In this document: positions 9,840 to 20,272 of the stretch, in pieces
Layout: each line of letters starts with the position of its first letter
Position numbering within the stretch: the first letter of the stretch is position 1
Assembly (NCBI GenBank): GCA_963789395.1
Contig: CAWBKP010000002.1
Location: 1-64,000 of the forward strand
Direction: 5' to 3'
From: an uncultured delta proteobacterium
GTDB lineage: Bacteria > Desulfobacterota > Desulfobacteria > Desulfobacterales > Desulfatirhabdiaceae
DNA: 64,000 nt
Position numbers and translations under genes: made by a program
The notes under the pieces: model-generated
The model's input: only the letters and a program-made list of their open reading frames with translations
What the model was told of the DNA's origin: nothing
Database searches by the model: none

Positions 9840-10103
9840 GTGAAAAAGTCTGAGAAACAAACCCTTAGAGCAATAAACAATGGAAAAACAGAGCTGACGG
9901 TGTCAAAGATCGAAAGGGTCGGAGCCGATGCTTCTGACTTTAGCCTGTCTACCAGTTCATTTAATGAGGTGCCATTGGAAGCGCATGTTCTGAAGATTGA
10001 ATTCAAGAAAACGGCAAAGCGTTCGAATGCTGCATCGTCCAGTATCTATTCCAATAATCCGGGTGTGCCGGTGAAAATATATCCTCAAGCGATAGAGGGA
10101 TAG
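9840..10103 (+). pseudogene. Detached remnant of an ASH/choice-of-anchor-D-like domain
   Basis: TLRAINNGKTELTVSKIERVGADASDF...IYSNNPGVPVK aligns with the cytochrome tail TLKVINKGNAKLAVTKIKVVGADATAF...IHSNDPDTPVK. No RBS or signal peptide. Confidence 0.75.
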
Positions 10104-10216
10104 ATGATGAGACGCTTTTTGCAAATTAAATCATGCTGGGTGAGCTTCAATTATCTTGCCGTTATTCTTATCTGCGCCTTTTGACAGACATATTTTTAAT
10201 ACGAAAGGATTATAGC

Positions 10217-11653
10217 ATGGGAACAATAACAATTATGGATCCGGTGACCCGGATAGAAGGACATATGAAGGTAGAGGTAACCATCGATACACTGAACGGC
10301 CAGCAGCAGATCGTTGATGCGCGATGCACCGGAACCTTGTTCCGGGGATTTGAGACGTTGCTTACCGGCCGAAATCCCCTGGATGCCCCGGTCATTACCC
10401 AGCGGGTTTGCGGAGTCTGTCCCATTTCCCACGGGCTGACCTCGGTTCTTGCCCTTGAAAACGTTTCCGAATGGCTGCCGCCCACAAATGCCAGGCTCCT
10501 TCGTAACCTCACGCTGGGGGCCAATTATCTTCAGTCCCACATTCTGCATTTTTATCTGCTGGCAGCCCTCGATTACGTCTCCGGTCCCAACGCTTCTCCC
10601 TGGAAGCCGGCCTGGGTCGGTGGACATGAGAAGCGGACTCGACCCAGTGGCAGCCAACCTGGGCAAGGCGCTTGAGGCAAGGCGCCGGGCACATGAAATG
10701 GGAGCGGTTTTCGGCGGAAAGATGCCCGCCTCCCATGCTTTTATTCCCGGTGGTTTCACGGCCACTGCCACCACGGAGCGAATCAGCCAGTTCAGGACCC
10801 ACTTGAATGCCCTGACCGATTTTATCCGGAATATTTACATCCCGGATGTAATGGCGGTGGCAAATGTGTACGATGACTATTTCACCTGCGGGGTCGGCTG
10901 CAAGAACCTTCTGGCCTTCGGGGTGTTTCAGATGGATGATTTCAACCAGACATAAACTGTTTATCTTCCGGATACATCGAAAATGCCGGAGCTTCGGTAT
11001 CAAACCTTGATCCCGCTCAGGTCACCGAATCGGTTGCTTACTCGTGGTATGCGGATCGGACAGACAAACTTGCTCCGGCGCAAGGGGTGACTGAACCGGT
11101 TTATCCCAAGGGAGAAGCCTATTCCTGGCTTAAAGCTCCAAGGCTTTCGGGAAAACCGTTTGAGGCTGGCCCTCTGGCCAGGATGTGGATAAACGGTGAT
11201 TACCGGCAAGGGATTTCGGTCATGGATCGGCATGCGGCAAGGGCCCAGGAGGCCTTGAAGGTTGCCGAAGCGATGCAGGGCTGGCTCGATGGCCTGGCGC
11301 CCGGGAAGGTGTCCTACGATAATGCCTTTGACCAGCGTTCCGGAGTGGGTGTCGGAATGTCCGAGGCGCCCCGGGGTGCACTGGGTCACTGGGTGAAGAT
11401 CGTTTCCGGAAAGATTGCCCAATACCAGATCATCACCCCCACCTGCTGGAATGCTTCGCCCCGGGACGGAATGAATGTTCGGGGTCCCATGGAACAGGCG
11501 CTGATCGGCACACCTGTCATTGACCCAAATAAGCCCATCGAAGCCCTTCGGGTCATTCACTCCTTTGATCCCTGTCTGTCCTGCGCGGTTCACGTAATGC
11601 GGCCTGATGAAAAACCGACCGTGGTGTGGGCTGGCAATAGACCAGCTCTGTGA
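10217..11653 (+). CDS. [NiFe]-hydrogenase large subunit, group 1a-like (three +1 insertions, near 10616, 10953 and 10963)
   Basis: DPVTRIEGH, L1 RVCGVCPISH, YSWLKAPR, EAPRGALGHW, TPTCWNASPRD, L2 FDPCLSCAVH plus a cleavable tail. About 477 aa after removing three bases. Confidence 0.9.
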
Positions 11654-11688
11654 GGAGAAGGACAATACCGAATAATGGAGGAACCGGA

Positions 11689-12122
11689 GTGAAGACGCTT
11701 GTCCTTGGAGTTGGAAATCTGCTCATGGGCGATGATGGCGTGGGGGTTCACGCGGCTATCACCCTGTGCAGGGAAGGAGGGCTTGCCTGTGCGGAGATCC
11801 TCGAGGTTGGAACCGCCTTTCTTGACGCCATGCCGGCACTCGAAGTTGCAGACCGCATCGTCGTGATGGATGCGGTCTGCGCTGGAGAGGCCCCGGGGAC
11901 CGTCTACCGGATTCCTCTTTCCCGATGTTCCGAAAACAGTTGCATTGCCTCTGTACATGGTTTGAGCCTTGTCCGGATACTGACCCTTACGGGAAACAGA
12001 TCCCCGACGGCGTGGTTTTAGGGGTGGAGCCGGATTATATCGGCTGGTCGATGTCGCTTTCTCCCCGTGTGGAAAAAGCGCTTCCAAAACTCCTACAGGC
12101 GGTAAGGGAAGAAGTGAGATAA
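11689..12122 (+). CDS. Hydrogenase maturation protease (frameshift near 12003)
   Basis: VLGVGNLLMGDDGVGVH, VMDAV, SVHG; VVLGVEP....WSMSLSPRVE follows in another frame. Confidence 0.9.
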
Positions 12123-12241
12123 ATCCTTACTATTGAATTGTTTCGGCGCTTCAAGATTCAGTTTGACTTCATATGAACATAATGTGAGATGATAGAAAAA
12201 TCTATATTTCAAACTTCAAGTTGTGTCTCAGGTGGAAAGAT

Positions 12242-12436
12242 ATGTTTTCAGGCCTTTTTTCACCGATGCATCTTATTGTTATACTGGTCATCGTTTTGAT
12301 CATTTTTGGACCCGGAAAACTTCCCGAGTTGGGAAATTCACTGGGAAAGTCCATAAAGAATTTTAAAAAGGCGGTGGATGATCCCGACGGAAAGTTGGAT
12401 GCAGATTTGAAGATGAAAAGCATCGACGGCAAATAA
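12242..12436 (+). CDS. tatA: Twin-arginine translocase subunit TatA/E
   Basis: TM helix followed by IFGPGKLPELGNSLGKSIKNFKKA. Confidence 0.95.
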   Translation: MFSGLFSPMHLIVILVIVLIIFGPGKLPELGNSLGKSIKNFKKAVDDPDGKLDADLKMKSIDGK

Positions 12437-12768
12437 ATTTGAGTTTTGCGTCCAATCCGGCATGAATTCTACTTAGAAACGGCAGTGTTCCGGTGCCGTG
12501 GCATACGCCTTACCTCTCTGCCGCTCCCTGGAGATGACAGAAACAGGAAGTTTTGACCCGGTGCCCTTTTGTTCACGGAAACTCTCCAGAAAGGCCACAT
12601 AGAGAAAGTCCTCTGAAGCTGATAAGTAACCAGCACTCCATCAGCATGTTGTCTTTCTGGGCGATTATAATGCGTCAAGGCATATTTTAAAGAAAAGGCC
12701 AGTGCACAGCTCCAGGTGTCTTTATGCCGATCATCTTGAAAAATGTTTTTAGGCACAGATGGCGAAAA

Positions 12769-14118
12769 TCAATTCCGGAAAACTGGAATCGATTCCTGAA
12801 TTTTGGAAAGTTGACGGCTAAAGTGAATCGGGAATTTATCGGGGTGATCAAGTGCTTTATATGCGTCATCCAGATTTGAAAAACCGGTTTGAATTCTTTT
12901 CCGTATTTCCTGCAGGGTAGGGGGCGTTTGAATGCGCAGGCCGTTTTCCATTACTTTTATTAAAAGCGGCTCTGTTTTATCGATCCTTTCATTGCGGATG
13001 CCCAGAGTATCCGCAACAAATCTGCCGGTTCGGTCAGATTCCCGGAAAACCTGTTTTTCTCCGGCAAGTGTGATTTTCCCGGGGCTGTTTTTTTTGACGT
13101 TCCGGCCGTCGTATTGCGTTAATTTATAGACCATGTCCAGATAAGGCGTATCGGCGGATACCCCGAGCTTGGTGCCCACACCGAACTCATCGATGGCTGC
13201 TCCGCCCGATAATGCCTTTTCAATTTCGAATTCGTCGAATCCGCTGGTGGCGATAATCTGAACCTGATGCAGACCGGCCTCATTTAGAATCCGCCGGACT
13301 TTATTGCTGGCATCCACCATTTCTCCGCTGTCGATTCGGACGCCTTTCAGTAGGTGCCCTTTACTGGCCATGTTCTGCGCGACTTTGGCCGCACATCGTG
13401 CTCCCTCAATCACATCATGGGTATCGATCAGGAAAATACTGCTCTCCGGAAAGGACCGGGCATAGGCCTGGAATGCTTCTGTCTCGTTTCCAATCGCCAG
13501 AATAAAGGAATGTGCCATGGTTCCTGAAACCGGTATGCCGTATTTCTTGCCGGCCAGCACGTTGCTGGTTCCGGCAAACCCGGAGATGTAGGCGCATCTG
13601 GCCACCTGCATTCCTGCGTCCAGGCCCTGGGTGCGGCGCAGTGAAAAATCAACGAGTGGTTTGCCCTTTGCCGCATGCACGCAGCGGAGCGCTTTTGTGG
13701 CGATGTTGGTTTGAAATCCCAGGGTATTGATTAAAAATGTTTCAACAATCTGAGCCTCGGCAATGGGGGCCGTGACTTCCATCAAAGGTTCGTCGGCAAA
13801 GCATATCGTTCCTTCGGGCATGGCCCAGACATCACCGCTAAACCGGAACCCGGAAAGGGACCGGATAAACGCTTCGGGAAACAGCTTCAGACTCTGAAGA
13901 TACTCGATATCGGTCTGCGAGAAACGCATCCTCTCAAGGCCGTAGATGGCGTCTTCAAGGCCCGCTGCGACAAAAAATCCCCGGTTGAGCTTTGCGGATC
14001 CGCGGATAAACAGAGAAAATGTTGCTTTTGATGCCAGACGGTTTTCCCTGTAAGCATGCATCATGGTCAGTTCATACAGATCCGTGAACAGGGGGCTGAG
14101 TGTTGTTTCTGTATTCAT
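12769..14118 (-). CDS. pncB: Nicotinate phosphoribosyltransferase
   Basis: LFTDLYELTM, DFSLRRTQG, GTSNV, GTMAHSF, GVRIDSG, FGVGT, VYKL. Confidence 0.93.
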   Translation of the reverse strand: MNTETTLSPLFTDLYELTMMHAYRENRLASKATFSLFIRGSAKLNRGFFVAAGLEDAIYGLERMRFSQTDIEYLQSLKLFPEAFIRSLSGFRFSGDVWAMPEGTICFADEPLMEVTAPIAEAQIVETFLINTLGFQTNIATKALRCVHAAKGKPLVDFSLRRTQGLDAGMQVARCAYISGFAGTSNVLAGKKYGIPVSGTMAHSFILAIGNETEAFQAYARSFPESSIFLIDTHDVIEGARCAAKVAQNMASKGHLLKGVRIDSGEMVDASNKVRRILNEAGLHQVQIIATSGFDEFEIEKALSGGAAIDEFGVGTKLGVSADTPYLDMVYKLTQYDGRNVKKNSPGKITLAGEKQVFRESDRTGRFVADTLGIRNERIDKTEPLLIKVMENGLRIQTPPTLQEIRKRIQTGFSNLDDAYKALDHPDKFPIHFSRQLSKIQESIPVFRN

Positions 14119-14131
14119 AAAAACTCGAGGC

Positions 14132-14374
14132 TTATTGAGATTGACGGTCCTGCTGCAACATTGACCAATGATGCGGTTGATCGGGAAAAACCGCCTGCAC
14201 GCGTCCGATCTGGCCACTGTCCAGGCGGACTTTGATTCCGCGGGAATGATAGGCGGCCGATGTCAGGATGTCCTTGACAATCCCGGTGGTGCGTTTGCCG
14301 GTTCGCTGATCCGCTTTCAAAATAATCTCGACATGTGCACCGGTACGAATCTCATTTCGGTGTTGCCCGTTCAT
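14132..14374 (-). CDS. YwbE family protein
   Basis: VEIILKADQRTGKRTTGIVKDILTS..YHSRGIKVRL..GQIGRV. Confidence 0.85.
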   Translation of the reverse strand: MNGQHRNEIRTGAHVEIILKADQRTGKRTTGIVKDILTSAAYHSRGIKVRLDSGQIGRVQAVFPDQPHHWSMLQQDRQSQ

Positions 14375-14537
14375 TATGTTTTTTCCTCAGGTTGGTATTA
14401 ACGTCACTTCATACCGCTATGTCATAAAATCCTTGCGGCAACGAACATCCTCAGCATGGCAAAAGCCAATGCCGGTTTGACGGCAACGCATGAGAGCAGT
14501 TTCAGCCAGGCGCCGATTCCCGTTTTGCCGGCCCGTG

Positions 14538-17198
14538 TCATGCGGTTGAATTTTGATCCTCCGGATCGCAGGGGATGCCGGTGTCTGAAGCTGCAACCGG
14601 GGGTTCCGTCATCTTGCGAATAAGTCGTGCGGGAAGAGTGGAAAAACCGCTGATGATCGCCATAACCACTGAGGCCGAATAAGGAATCGACTGGACAAGA
14701 AGAACCATGAGCCACATGAACACATCCGGTGTATCCGATCCCTGCCGCGCGGCCACGGTGAAGAGGGAGAGCCAGAGGGCCAGGGCGAGCAATCCCTCTT
14801 CGCGGGCCGATTGCAGCGCTTGAAACAGGGCATGGGTACTGGCCAGTTTCGGGGTCCGGAAAAAAGGAATGGTCTTGGTGAAAATTCCGAGCAGGATGGC
14901 TTTGGAGATGGTGTGTGAAAGAGACAGGCCGGCCAGGGCGGAAGCAACGGTCTGGGTGATGTTTGCGCCGACCCTGCTCCGGTACAGATAGATCATTTTC
15001 GCCACCTTGAAGATGAAAAGCGACATCGGCATCACGGAAAGAATGACAAGGGGCGGATCGAATTTCAGGGGAAGCAGGCACATGGCCAGGGACCAGAGCA
15101 GCGCGGATATCGTAAAGAGCAGGTTGATGCTGTCCGCCATCCAGGGCAGCCAGCCGGCGATGAAATGGTAACGCTGGCCATAGGTCAGATCGGACCGGCC
15201 GGACAGGAGCAGCCTTGCGGCATGGCGGCGCAGAATCTGCATCGCGCCGTAAGCCCAGCGGAAACGCTGCTTTTTAAAGTCGATAAAGGTGTCTGGCATG
15301 ACCCCCTGTCCGTAACTTCTATGGGTGTAGGCGGCTTCGTACCCTTTTTCAAATATTTTAAGTCCCAGCTCGGCATCTTCCGTGATGCACCATTCTGCCC
15401 AGCCATCCACTTCCTCCAGCGTTGATTTCCGGACCATGGTCATGGTGCCGTGCTGAATAATGGCGTTTCGTTCGTTGCGGGTCAGCATTCCGATATAAAA
15501 AAAACCTCTGTATTCCGCGTAGCACATTGCCTTGAACATGCTCTCGCCGTCATCCCGGTAATCCTGGGGCGCCTGAACAATGGCAACCGAGGGCTTGACA
15601 AACTGGCTGGCCAGGTCTCGAAGCCAATTGGGTTCAACCACATAGTCGCTGTCAATGACCGCAATTACATCGACATCCGGAGCAGTCCTGGCAAGCGCAA
15701 AATTTAGGGCCCCGGCTTTAAAACCCGCCAGCGGACTCACATGAAAAAAACGAAAGCGGTATCCGAGTTTGGCGCAGTGGGCCTTGATCGGTTGCCAGAC
15801 CAGTGGATCCCGGGTATTGTTGTCGATGACCAGGACTTCGAAAAACGGGTAATCCAGCTGCGACAGGGCATTGAGGGTTTCCATCAGCATTTCAGGCGGC
15901 TCATTGTAGGCTGGTACGTGCACGGAAACCATGGGCAGGTCTTTATCGGGAACCACGATCGGCGTGAATGGCCTGCGTCTGGTCGACCATGAAGCTTCGG
16001 CCCATTCATGGGCTTCAGTAAGAAGCACCACAACGACGCCGATCATGCCGAGGATCATCAGCAGGCCGACCAGACCCGTGGTCACCGTGATATACTGCCG
16101 GGTATAGCTGTAAACAATCCAGACACCGGCTGTGGCTGCAGAAAAAGCGATGAGCCCCAGAAAGCTTCGGCCGCGGTTCCGAAGTGTTCTGCTGTCAATC
16201 AGAAGCAGTGCAAACGTGATGATCGCGATCGCCACCGAGATTGCGGCAAGGGTGCGCCATTCGGGAATCTCAACAATGGGAGTTGTCAAAGGAAATTTGG
16301 GTTGGCGATTTACATCAAAGACCCCCCAATAGGCGCCGACCGATCCCTCTGTGACCGACTTCCATGGCTGATCAAATGCTTCCATCACATAATAGATATA
16401 TTTTTCCTGCTCGGCACGGGCGATAAACCGCCGCAGAAAAGTGGCCTCATTTGATGTGGACGCCACGGCAGATTTACGGGTTCTGCCATTGCTGGGCCAA
16501 CCCACTTCGGTAATGACAACGGGTTTGTTCGGAAAGGCCTCTTTCAGCAGATTGACGTGATCAACGATATAACCCACTGCCTGTTCCATCTGAATGCCTT
16601 CCCAGTAAGGGAGCATATGCGTTGCAACATAATCCACATGTTCGCCGAGTTCCGGGTGCTTGATCCAGATGTGCCAGGGTTCCGCCGTGCTCACCGGAAC
16701 ACGTCTGCCTGTTTCGCGAATACCTGCCCGAACCCGATCGATATAGCCGGCAAGCTCTTCGCTGGTGACTTCTTCGCGAAGCAAAGACTCGTTTCCAACC
16801 ACAACCCGCACAACATTGCGCCAATTTTCGCGGGTTAACTGAATCACAGATGCGATCTCAGCCTCATTCCGCTCGATGTCCGCACTGATCCATGCCCCCA
16901 AAGTGATATTCAGCTTGTGTTTTCTCGCCAGAGCCGGAATTTTGGCCTGCACGCCCTGCACGGTATATGTGCGGACGGCGTTGGTCTTGTCTGCCAGCAG
17001 GGCCAGATCGGAATCGATTTCGGCCTCGGTTGGCATCACCCCATCAATGGCGCTCTGCCCTTGCTGAAACGGAGAAAATGAAAACCCCTGAATCCGGGAA
17101 GGCCAGGGCGGTTCCTGCTCGGGCCGATTCAGCAGAGCCCAAAAACTGATACAGATGATGGCAATAGCGGTACAGATCAGAAAATTGATTCTCGACAT
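14538..17198 (-). CDS. GH17-GT2 fusion membrane glucosyltransferase, NdvB-like (cyclic beta-1,3-glucan synthesis)
   Basis: GH17 motifs VGNE, STAEPWH, HMLPYWEG, ITEVGWPS, EAFDQPWK; TM helices; GT2 motifs PAYNE, FKAGALN, DSD, TEDAELG, QRFRWAYG. Confidence 0.9.
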   Translation of the reverse strand: MSRINFLICTAIAIICISFWALLNRPEQEPPWPSRIQGFSFSPFQQGQSAIDGVMPTEAEIDSDLALLADKTNAVRTYTVQGVQAKIPALARKHKLNITLGAWISADIERNEAEIASVIQLTRENWRNVVRVVVGNESLLREEVTSEELAGYIDRVRAGIRETGRRVPVSTAEPWHIWIKHPELGEHVDYVATHMLPYWEGIQMEQAVGYIVDHVNLLKEAFPNKPVVITEVGWPSNGRTRKSAVASTSNEATFLRRFIARAEQEKYIYYVMEAFDQPWKSVTEGSVGAYWGVFDVNRQPKFPLTTPIVEIPEWRTLAAISVAIAIITFALLLIDSRTLRNRGRSFLGLIAFSAATAGVWIVYSYTRQYITVTTGLVGLLMILGMIGVVVVLLTEAHEWAEASWSTRRRPFTPIVVPDKDLPMVSVHVPAYNEPPEMLMETLNALSQLDYPFFEVLVIDNNTRDPLVWQPIKAHCAKLGYRFRFFHVSPLAGFKAGALNFALARTAPDVDVIAVIDSDYVVEPNWLRDLASQFVKPSVAIVQAPQDYRDDGESMFKAMCYAEYRGFFYIGMLTRNERNAIIQHGTMTMVRKSTLEEVDGWAEWCITEDAELGLKIFEKGYEAAYTHRSYGQGVMPDTFIDFKKQRFRWAYGAMQILRRHAARLLLSGRSDLTYGQRYHFIAGWLPWMADSINLLFTISALLWSLAMCLLPLKFDPPLVILSVMPMSLFIFKVAKMIYLYRSRVGANITQTVASALAGLSLSHTISKAILLGIFTKTIPFFRTPKLASTHALFQALQSAREEGLLALALWLSLFTVAARQGSDTPDVFMWLMVLLVQSIPYSASVVMAIISGFSTLPARLIRKMTEPPVAASDTGIPCDPEDQNSTA

Positions 17199-17610
17199 GA
17201 AATTATCCTGATAATGCTGACAAAATAGCATCCACATTGCATGCGCCGGGTGTTGTCGATAGTATGGCGCATAAAGATATTAGCTGAAATTTCAGTGCAT
17301 GGGAACTACAAATACGGGCTGCTCAAATAAGAGTTGTATTGCTGACAAACAGAACAATTTCCACACAATGAGGCATGAACCGTGAACTGTCAAGTCGGAG
17401 AAGTAAAGAGAAGGGAAATTTCAAATAGATACGACAAAAACAATTGCAATGAAATGCCATGCCGTAAAGACGATTTTTGTTTCAGAAAAATTATACTGTT
17501 TCCGATAATTATGAAAAAATAACCACGACGATAAAAAACATATTTATTTTTGTTGATTTTCGTTTTTGAGGATGCTAAAAGGAGCAGATGTAATTAAAAA
17601 CGGTGAGCAA

Positions 17611-17686
17611 GCCAGCGTAGCTCAGTTGGTAGAGCTACTGATTTGTAATCAGTGGGTCGGGGGTTCGAGTCCCTTCGCTGGCTCCA
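17611..17686 (+). tRNA. tRNA-Thr(TGT)
   Basis: Cloverleaf, anticodon TGT, TTCGAG loop, CCA end. Confidence 0.97.
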
Positions 17687-17717
17687 TCAGGCGGTTAATT
17701 TTGCCTGAATAAAAAAA

Positions 17718-17802
17718 GGTGGGGTTCCCGAGTGGCCAAAGGGAACAGACTGTAAATCTGTCGGCGAAGCCTTCGGAGGTTCGAATCCTCCCCCCACCAC
17801 CA
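17718..17802 (+). tRNA. tRNA-Tyr(GTA)
   Basis: Anticodon GTA, long variable arm, CCA end. Confidence 0.97.
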
Positions 17803-17969
17803 GCCTCAATAAATGTCGTATGTAGGAGATTTTACCGGATAGATCAAGTGAAATCATTAAAGCACTACATAGCTTCATCTGCAATGCACACATTTTCTTG
17901 AGGAAAAAAGATGGTCCCCAAACAATATGTCGCGGGAGTCTGCAAGGTGTGACAAATGAATACCTGTTG

Positions 17970-18045
17970 GCGGGAGTAGCTCAGTTGGTAGAGCTCTAGC
18001 CTTCCAAGCTGGATGTCGCGAGTTCGAGTCTCGTCTCCCGCTCCA
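17970..18045 (+). tRNA. tRNA-Gly(TCC)
   Basis: Cloverleaf, anticodon TCC, CCA end. Confidence 0.97.
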
Positions 18046-18093
18046 TATTTTGAACAGCCAGGGTATCATCTGATTGCCCCAAATTGCAAAATC

Positions 18094-18170
18094 GCCCACG
18101 TAGCTCAGTTGGTAGAGCGCTTCCTTGGTAAGGAAGAGGTTCATCGGTTCGACTCCGATCGTGGGCTCCA
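18094..18170 (+). tRNA. tRNA-Thr(GGT)
   Basis: Cloverleaf, anticodon GGT, CCA end; classic thr-tyr-gly-thr-tuf order. Confidence 0.96.
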
Positions 18171-18287
18171 ATAGAACAGATCAAGAGAACGAAACTGGGA
18201 TCGTGCAGACGGAAACTGGCATAAAAAAGACGAATGGTTAAGTCCGAGCATCCGTTTTAATCATTATTCAGTAGGGAGGACAGTGAA

Positions 18288-19481
18288 ATGGCGAAGGAAA
18301 AGTTTGATCGGTCGAAACCGCATGTGAATGTGGGAACGATAGGACATATTGATCACGGGAAGACGACGCTGACAGCGGCGATAACCAAGCATAACGGGTT
18401 GAAGGGGATGGCCAAATATGTTCCGTTTGACCAGATTGACAAGGCGCCCGAGGAAAAAGAGCGTGGGATCACGATAGCGACCGCGCATGTGGAGTACGAG
18501 ACCAAGAATCGCCATTACGCGCATGTGGACTGTCCGGGCCATGCTGACTATATCAAGAACATGATTACGGGTGCGGCCCAGATGGATGGTGCGATCCTGG
18601 TAGTGGCAGCAGACGATGGTCCGATGCCGCAGACCCGTGAGCACATATTGCTGGCCCGTCAGGTCGGGGTGCCGACCATGGTGGTTTTTTTGAACAAATG
18701 CGACATGGTGGATGATCCGGAATTGATCGAGCTGGTGGAGCTTGAGCTTCGCGAGCTGCTGAGCAAGTATGATTTTCCGGGTGATGATACGCCGATCATT
18801 CGCGGCAGTGCCTTAAAGGCGCTTGAGAGCGATGATCCGGACAGCGAAGATGCCAAGTGCATATTTGAATTGATGGCGGCAATCGACTCCTACATACCGG
18901 AGCCCAAGCGGGACATAGACAAGCCGTTTCTGATGCCGGTGGAAGATGTATTCAGCATTTCAGGTCGCGGCACCGTGGTAACGGGCCGGGTGGACCGCGG
19001 GATTGTGAAAGTTGGCGAGGCTGTTGAGATCGTCGGGATTCGGGCCACGCAAAAGACCGTATGTACGGGAGTAGAGATGTTCAGAAAGCTTCTGGACGAG
19101 GGCCGTGCGGGAGACAACATCGGGGTACTGCTTCGGGGAACCAAGCGTGAGGAAGTGGAGCGCGGGCAGGTTGTGGCGCATCCGGGAACGATTACGCCGC
19201 ACACCAAGTTCAAGGCTGAGGTGTATATCCTGAGCAAGGAAGAAGGCGGCAGGCACACGCCGTTTTTCAATGGATACCGGCCGCAGTTTTATTTTCGGAC
19301 AACGGATGTGACAGGGGTACTGTCGCTGCCGGAGGGCATCGAGATGGTGATGCCCGGAGACAATGTGGCGATATCGGCAGAGCTGATCACGCCGATTGCC
19401 ATGGAAAAAGAGCTTCGCTTTGCGATTCGTGAAGGCGGCCGAACCGTGGGCGCGGGTGTCGTCAGCGAAATTCTGGGATAA
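18288..19481 (+). CDS. tuf: Elongation factor Tu (copy 1)
   Basis: [18 protein letters not shown], full-length 397 aa. Confidence 0.99.
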   Translation: MAKEKFDRSKPHVNVGTIGHIDHGKTTLTAAITKHNGLKGMAKYVPFDQIDKAPEEKERGITIATAHVEYETKNRHYAHVDCPGHADYIKNMITGAAQMDGAILVVAADDGPMPQTREHILLARQVGVPTMVVFLNKCDMVDDPELIELVELELRELLSKYDFPGDDTPIIRGSALKALESDDPDSEDAKCIFELMAAIDSYIPEPKRDIDKPFLMPVEDVFSISGRGTVVTGRVDRGIVKVGEAVEIVGIRATQKTVCTGVEMFRKLLDEGRAGDNIGVLLRGTKREEVERGQVVAHPGTITPHTKFKAEVYILSKEEGGRHTPFFNGYRPQFYFRTTDVTGVLSLPEGIEMVMPGDNVAISAELITPIAMEKELRFAIREGGRTVGAGVVSEILG

Positions 19482-19496
19482 CAAAGGAGTCTTCTC

Positions 19497-19646
19497 GTGA
19501 GAGTGATTATTACCCTTGCATGTACGGAATGCAAAAGAAGAAACTACACTACGACCAAAAACAAGCGGACGACGCCGGACAAGCTGGAATTCAGCAAATA
19601 CTGCCGATTCTGCAAAAAACATATTGCGCACAAAGAAACCAAATAG
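19497..19646 (+). CDS. rpmG: 50S ribosomal protein L33 (Zn-ribbon type)
   Basis: Manual translation [49 protein letters not shown]. Confidence 0.97.
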   Translation: MRVIITLACTECKRRNYTTTKNKRTTPDKLEFSKYCRFCKKHIAHKETK

Positions 19647-19703
19647 CCTGAACCTCAGAATTTTTTGAGCGGCGATTGGATTGAGTTTGTGAAAGATTTA
19701 AAC

Positions 19704-19779
19704 AGGCCAGTAGCTCTAACGGTAGAGCGTCGGACTCCAAATCCGAGTGCTGGGGGTTCGAATCCCTCCTGGCCTGCCA
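19704..19779 (+). tRNA. tRNA-Trp(CCA)
   Basis: Anticodon CCA, CCA end, canonical position before secE. Confidence 0.96.
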
Positions 19780-19868
19780 CATCATTGATGAGTAAAGCTC
19801 AAAGAAGGTCAGTGGTGGATACCGGCTGACAGCGTCCACTTTGAGCTTTCACTTTTTTTAGGAGAATA

Positions 19869-20261
19869 ATGGGACGGTTACTCAAAAAAAAAGAACCAGG
19901 CCTGAAAAAGAAAAACAAGAGTGATGAAACTGCATCCGCTGAATCGGAGTCTGAACCAGCTGGTGTAAGTCCTGCACGTCAAGCTGCTGCCGGAACTGTA
20001 AAAGAAAATCAGCAGAAAATCGCTCCCGTTAAAAAAGCAGGTGCTGGCGGTACCACGTTTAAAATCAACAATAAATATGTTGATCAAGCACTGCAATTTC
20101 TCAGAGAAGTCAAGGTGGAATTGAAAAAAGTCGCCTGGCCTTCCCGAAAACAGGCAACAGGCTCTACCATTGTGGTTATCTTGCTGGTGCTGCTGGTGTC
20201 ATTTTTTCTCGGCCTCGTGGATATTGGATTGTCCAGCCTGATCAAAGTTGTTCTGAGCTAG
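19869..20261 (+). CDS. secE: Preprotein translocase subunit SecE (N-terminally extended)
   Basis: FLREVKVELKKVAWPSR plus TM helix. Confidence 0.95.
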   Translation: MGRLLKKKEPGLKKKNKSDETASAESESEPAGVSPARQAAAGTVKENQQKIAPVKKAGAGGTTFKINNKYVDQALQFLREVKVELKKVAWPSRKQATGSTIVVILLVLLVSFFLGLVDIGLSSLIKVVLS

Positions 20262-20272
20262 GAGAAAAGCAA

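Noticed and set aside
12440..12760. Short ORFs between tatA and pncB (possible tatC or IS remnant)
   Set aside because: No TM pattern or recognisable motif.
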